Positions 61,101 to 64,000 of a stretch of DNA of 64,000 bases are shown piece by piece. Each line of letters starts with the position of its first letter. Positions within the stretch are counted from its first letter, which is position 1. A model generated the notes under the pieces. The model made no database searches. It saw nothing but the letters and a program-made list of their open reading frames with translations, and was not told the DNA's origin. The position numbers and the translations under genes are program-made. This DNA comes from Marsupella aquatica (lineage: Eukaryota > Plantae > Marchantiophyta), in contig OZ316892.1 in the NCBI GenBank assembly GCA_973895155.1, forward strand, positions 21,949,619-22,013,618, read 5' to 3'.

Positions 61101-63800
61101 GGTCTATGGCGGGAAGTCGTATGCTACGTACTACAACGATGTCTACTGTCTCGACTTGAAACAGGTAAAATTTAAATCTATAATTTAACACCATGGCGGG
61201 CTCTAATGATTCCGAATCAGCCTTCTTGACGGCGGAAAACTGAAGAATTGCATTCCCAAGTGCATGTGTAAGGAACCGGTTTCGAAACTTTGGACGTAGC
61301 ATTCCCGGTAGCATTGAGGTCAAAACTAACGGCCCGCCAAACTCTGGCGCATTGCAGCTTCTCTGGACCAAGGTGAATCCAAGGGGCGCCGTTCCAACTA
61401 TGTCCCGAGCAGGTCATGTTGGCATCATCCGAGGGGACAATTTTTACATAGTGGGTGGAGAAAACCGTGGTGAAGGTAGGTGTTGTAACCTGCACAATTA
61501 ATAAATTTTTTTCGTCATGCAATGTCATTGACAATTACTCTTGTAGAGCTGCATTAAATAGAGGTGATTATCCGGACTTCATCGTAGCTAATCTCACGAA
61601 CAAGGGAGCATTTGACTCTCGAAATTCCTGGTTTTCGCTACTCAATAAGTTAGAGCTATTGGGAGCAGAATGCTTTATGTTCCACATTCTCATGAGACAA
61701 TGGAGTAACTTTCTTTCTAATTGTTGAACTTGTGATCTGACAGAAATGGTGGATACACTGGCGTTCGACATGCGAAAGCGTGCGTGGTCAGTTGTTACAG
61801 ACGTTCATGCCATGTCTCCTTTGGCACACAATGTAAGAATACGAACAGTTTTGTGAAGTAATTTTTCTTAGGATGCATGGTTTATGAAGTTCTCGGATGA
61901 TTTTATGCATTGATGCAAAAACCAACCAGCCTGGAATTTATCCACATGTAGCCAAGCCTAAATTCCACACTAGACTAGAGTGCTCCGTGGATTGGTCCTG
62001 GAGCTGGCTGTGGTACTGTAGCAGGGTGTAAATGGCCAACAAACGGCTGCATGTTTTGAGTCGCATACCCATCGAAAATGCCAAGTTCGATCTTTCTAAT
62101 ATCCTATGAAGTTCCAATGAGTAGCAAATTGATTAGCCGATCACAATTCGCAAAGGCCATTGATGACAGCCTAGCTTCGGCAAATTAGCGGCAAATGCAC
62201 GAGCTAGCCACTCTCTTGTGTAACAATCTGGTGGCGTTGCAGGGACTGAGTGTTCTCAAAGTCAATCATGAAGGCAGGCAGTATCTCGTGGCATTTGGAG
62301 GACACGGAATTCTCCTCAGTTGCCAGGTTCTGCACATGACATTGCCTAGAAATCTGCTCATTTCTTATAGATGGTATTTGCTTTCATTACGAAAGAGATC
62401 CCGAAGATCGATATTGAGATGTCCTATATATATATTGCTATTGAAGAAATCCTTAGCAAATGACATGATAATGACATGATAATGAGTCAGCCTTCTATTC
62501 TATCTAACAAAGAGTTCGAACTGTTGGAGCAGATGTATGCACTTCTGTTGCCAGCAGTGGATTTATCCTCTGAAACCAACAGTTTGTCCAGCTCCGAATC
62601 TTTGAAGGCCGCCAGCATCTCAAAGCGTTCAACTGCAGTATCACGAGAAAAGCATTCACCAACTGATCCCTTTGGTTTCTATCGTACTGCATCATCCCTG
62701 TCCTCAACTGGCTGGGAATCTGATAGCTGCACACTCGCATCTGCAGAGACCGGCCCCGACTTTTCGGCTGAGGTACAGTCTCTTGGGTCAAAACCTCCAC
62801 TCTGGGACTGGTCAAACTTGTGGAACTTTGGAGAGAGTATGAGGTGTTTATGTAGGCTGGTACGTGCAGAAATGTTCCCTATCTAGTATCATCTGGAGGG
62901 TGATTTCCACGACTTAGGTTAGGATTTTCCCTTATATGCATTGATGTCTGGATCTTGACGAATGATTGTACAGTGGGATCTCCTCGAAGAAGCTGAGCTC
63001 CAAAACTTTAACAATCCGAAAGTCAACCTTGGACCCTGTGCAGAACACTAAAATTGTATTTGATGGGCACTTGCAGGAGAGCCCAGTGCCACCACGCAAG
63101 GAGCGGCCTAGAAGCAAGACAATGTTAAGTTACCTTAATATTGATCATTCAACGCTAACAGGGGAACACTACCAGCCCTCAAGGCTGAGCAATGGTAGTC
63201 GACATGATCAGGCATCGTTACCGCGTGCAAGTGAGAAAGACTTCATCACTATTGAGACACAGAGCAAAGTCGGAAGATCGGAGTCCAACAAATGCGGCGA
63301 CAAAGATGGCTTATGGGGTTTGAAGGTTGCCCATGCGACGAATCAATCTCGTCTGCAGACTGATTTACCCATCTCAGATACAACTAAAATCAAGGCGGAG
63401 AGAAGTGATTCACACACATTAGCGAAGAAAAATCGAGGTGACGCCTTCAGTAAGCAAGGCGAAACTTGTGGCCATGATAGAGCCGCAGGAGGGGCAAAGG
63501 TCTAACGTGGTCAGGGATGAAGACCTGAGCCTTGGGTTGCAGTCTGTAAAGCAGCTGCAAAAAGAAATTCACGAGCTGAGGAGGAACAAAGAAGATCATG
63601 AACGAAAATTTCAAAATAGATTGCACACCTTAAAGCTCGTGAGTCGTGACAAGCAAGGGAGAAGGGAGAGCACTGAAATTGAACTCAGGCATTCGGTTGA
63701 CAGTGACAACAAAGCTGCTGCAAACTCATGCCAAGAGGAGGTGACACGATTCAGAACGGTCACAAACGAGGCTGAAAGGAGATTGCAATTCACGATTTAG
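58189..63800 (+). CDS. Kelch-repeat beta-propeller protein with a C-terminal coiled coil (ACBP4-like kelch family, no ACB domain seen)
   Basis: Exon peptides: HAAVASGGNVYVVGGESVDGLLRDVQ, VHTFEPLHRTWTALKPNGDVP, EARHGYRIVQIKSTLVFFGGEDASGRIVDDVFTLDL, PAPRRYHAMACYGGQYIWVYGG...YNDVYCLDL, RAGHVGIIRGDNFYIVGG, YLVAFGG. The tail is heptad-like (VKQLQKEIHELRRNKE). Start codon and 3' exon structure are uncertain. Confidence 0.8.
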
Positions 63801-64000
63801 CTCTGGACAGGACGCACAATGTACCGCGCCATTACAAGCTCGTGTGCAAACTATGATCCCTTCAACAGATTGGACTAGAGAGCAGGAGATTGATGCACAC
63901 AAATTCCATAAAGTGATCTACTCATCTTCAGGTGACACACTCGGCCTAGTTCCAAATGTTCTCCTGTCCGAAAAGGATGATTGAGCTATCGGAGACCATC

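Overview
Eukaryotic, intron-rich land-plant DNA, most consistent with a bryophyte and probably a liverwort (inferred from gene families and intron style). There are five host-type genes: a DDT/WHIM chromatin protein (DDR4-like, 4391-10600 +), the WD40 ribosome-biogenesis factor UTP4/POPCORN (17606-22017 +), a divergent F-box/kelch-like gene with an intronless CDS (26179-27333 +), an 8-exon gene missed by the ORF track (42942-38266 -), and a kelch beta-propeller/coiled-coil gene (58189-63800 +). Manual splicing of the 8-exon gene gives a ~576-aa protein with a calponin-homology domain, a disordered linker, one transmembrane helix and a C-terminal LysM domain. This is the most interesting object here, a candidate bridge between the cytoskeleton and a GlcNAc polymer (plastid peptidoglycan or chitin). 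The intergenic DNA holds nested transposons: two inverted ~1.15-kb Helentron-like units bracketing ~10.6 kb that contains the F-box gene, a CRE-clade (restriction-like endonuclease) retrotransposon, a decayed Helitron/Pif1 helicase and five complete ~300-bp MITEs with CTCGGGGG ends and 8-bp TSDs. Elsewhere are a 5'-truncated L1 with a 16-bp TSD, a second CRE remnant at a (TATAA)n microsatellite, several minisatellites and hairpins. All calls are from reading the sequence by eye; no searches were run.
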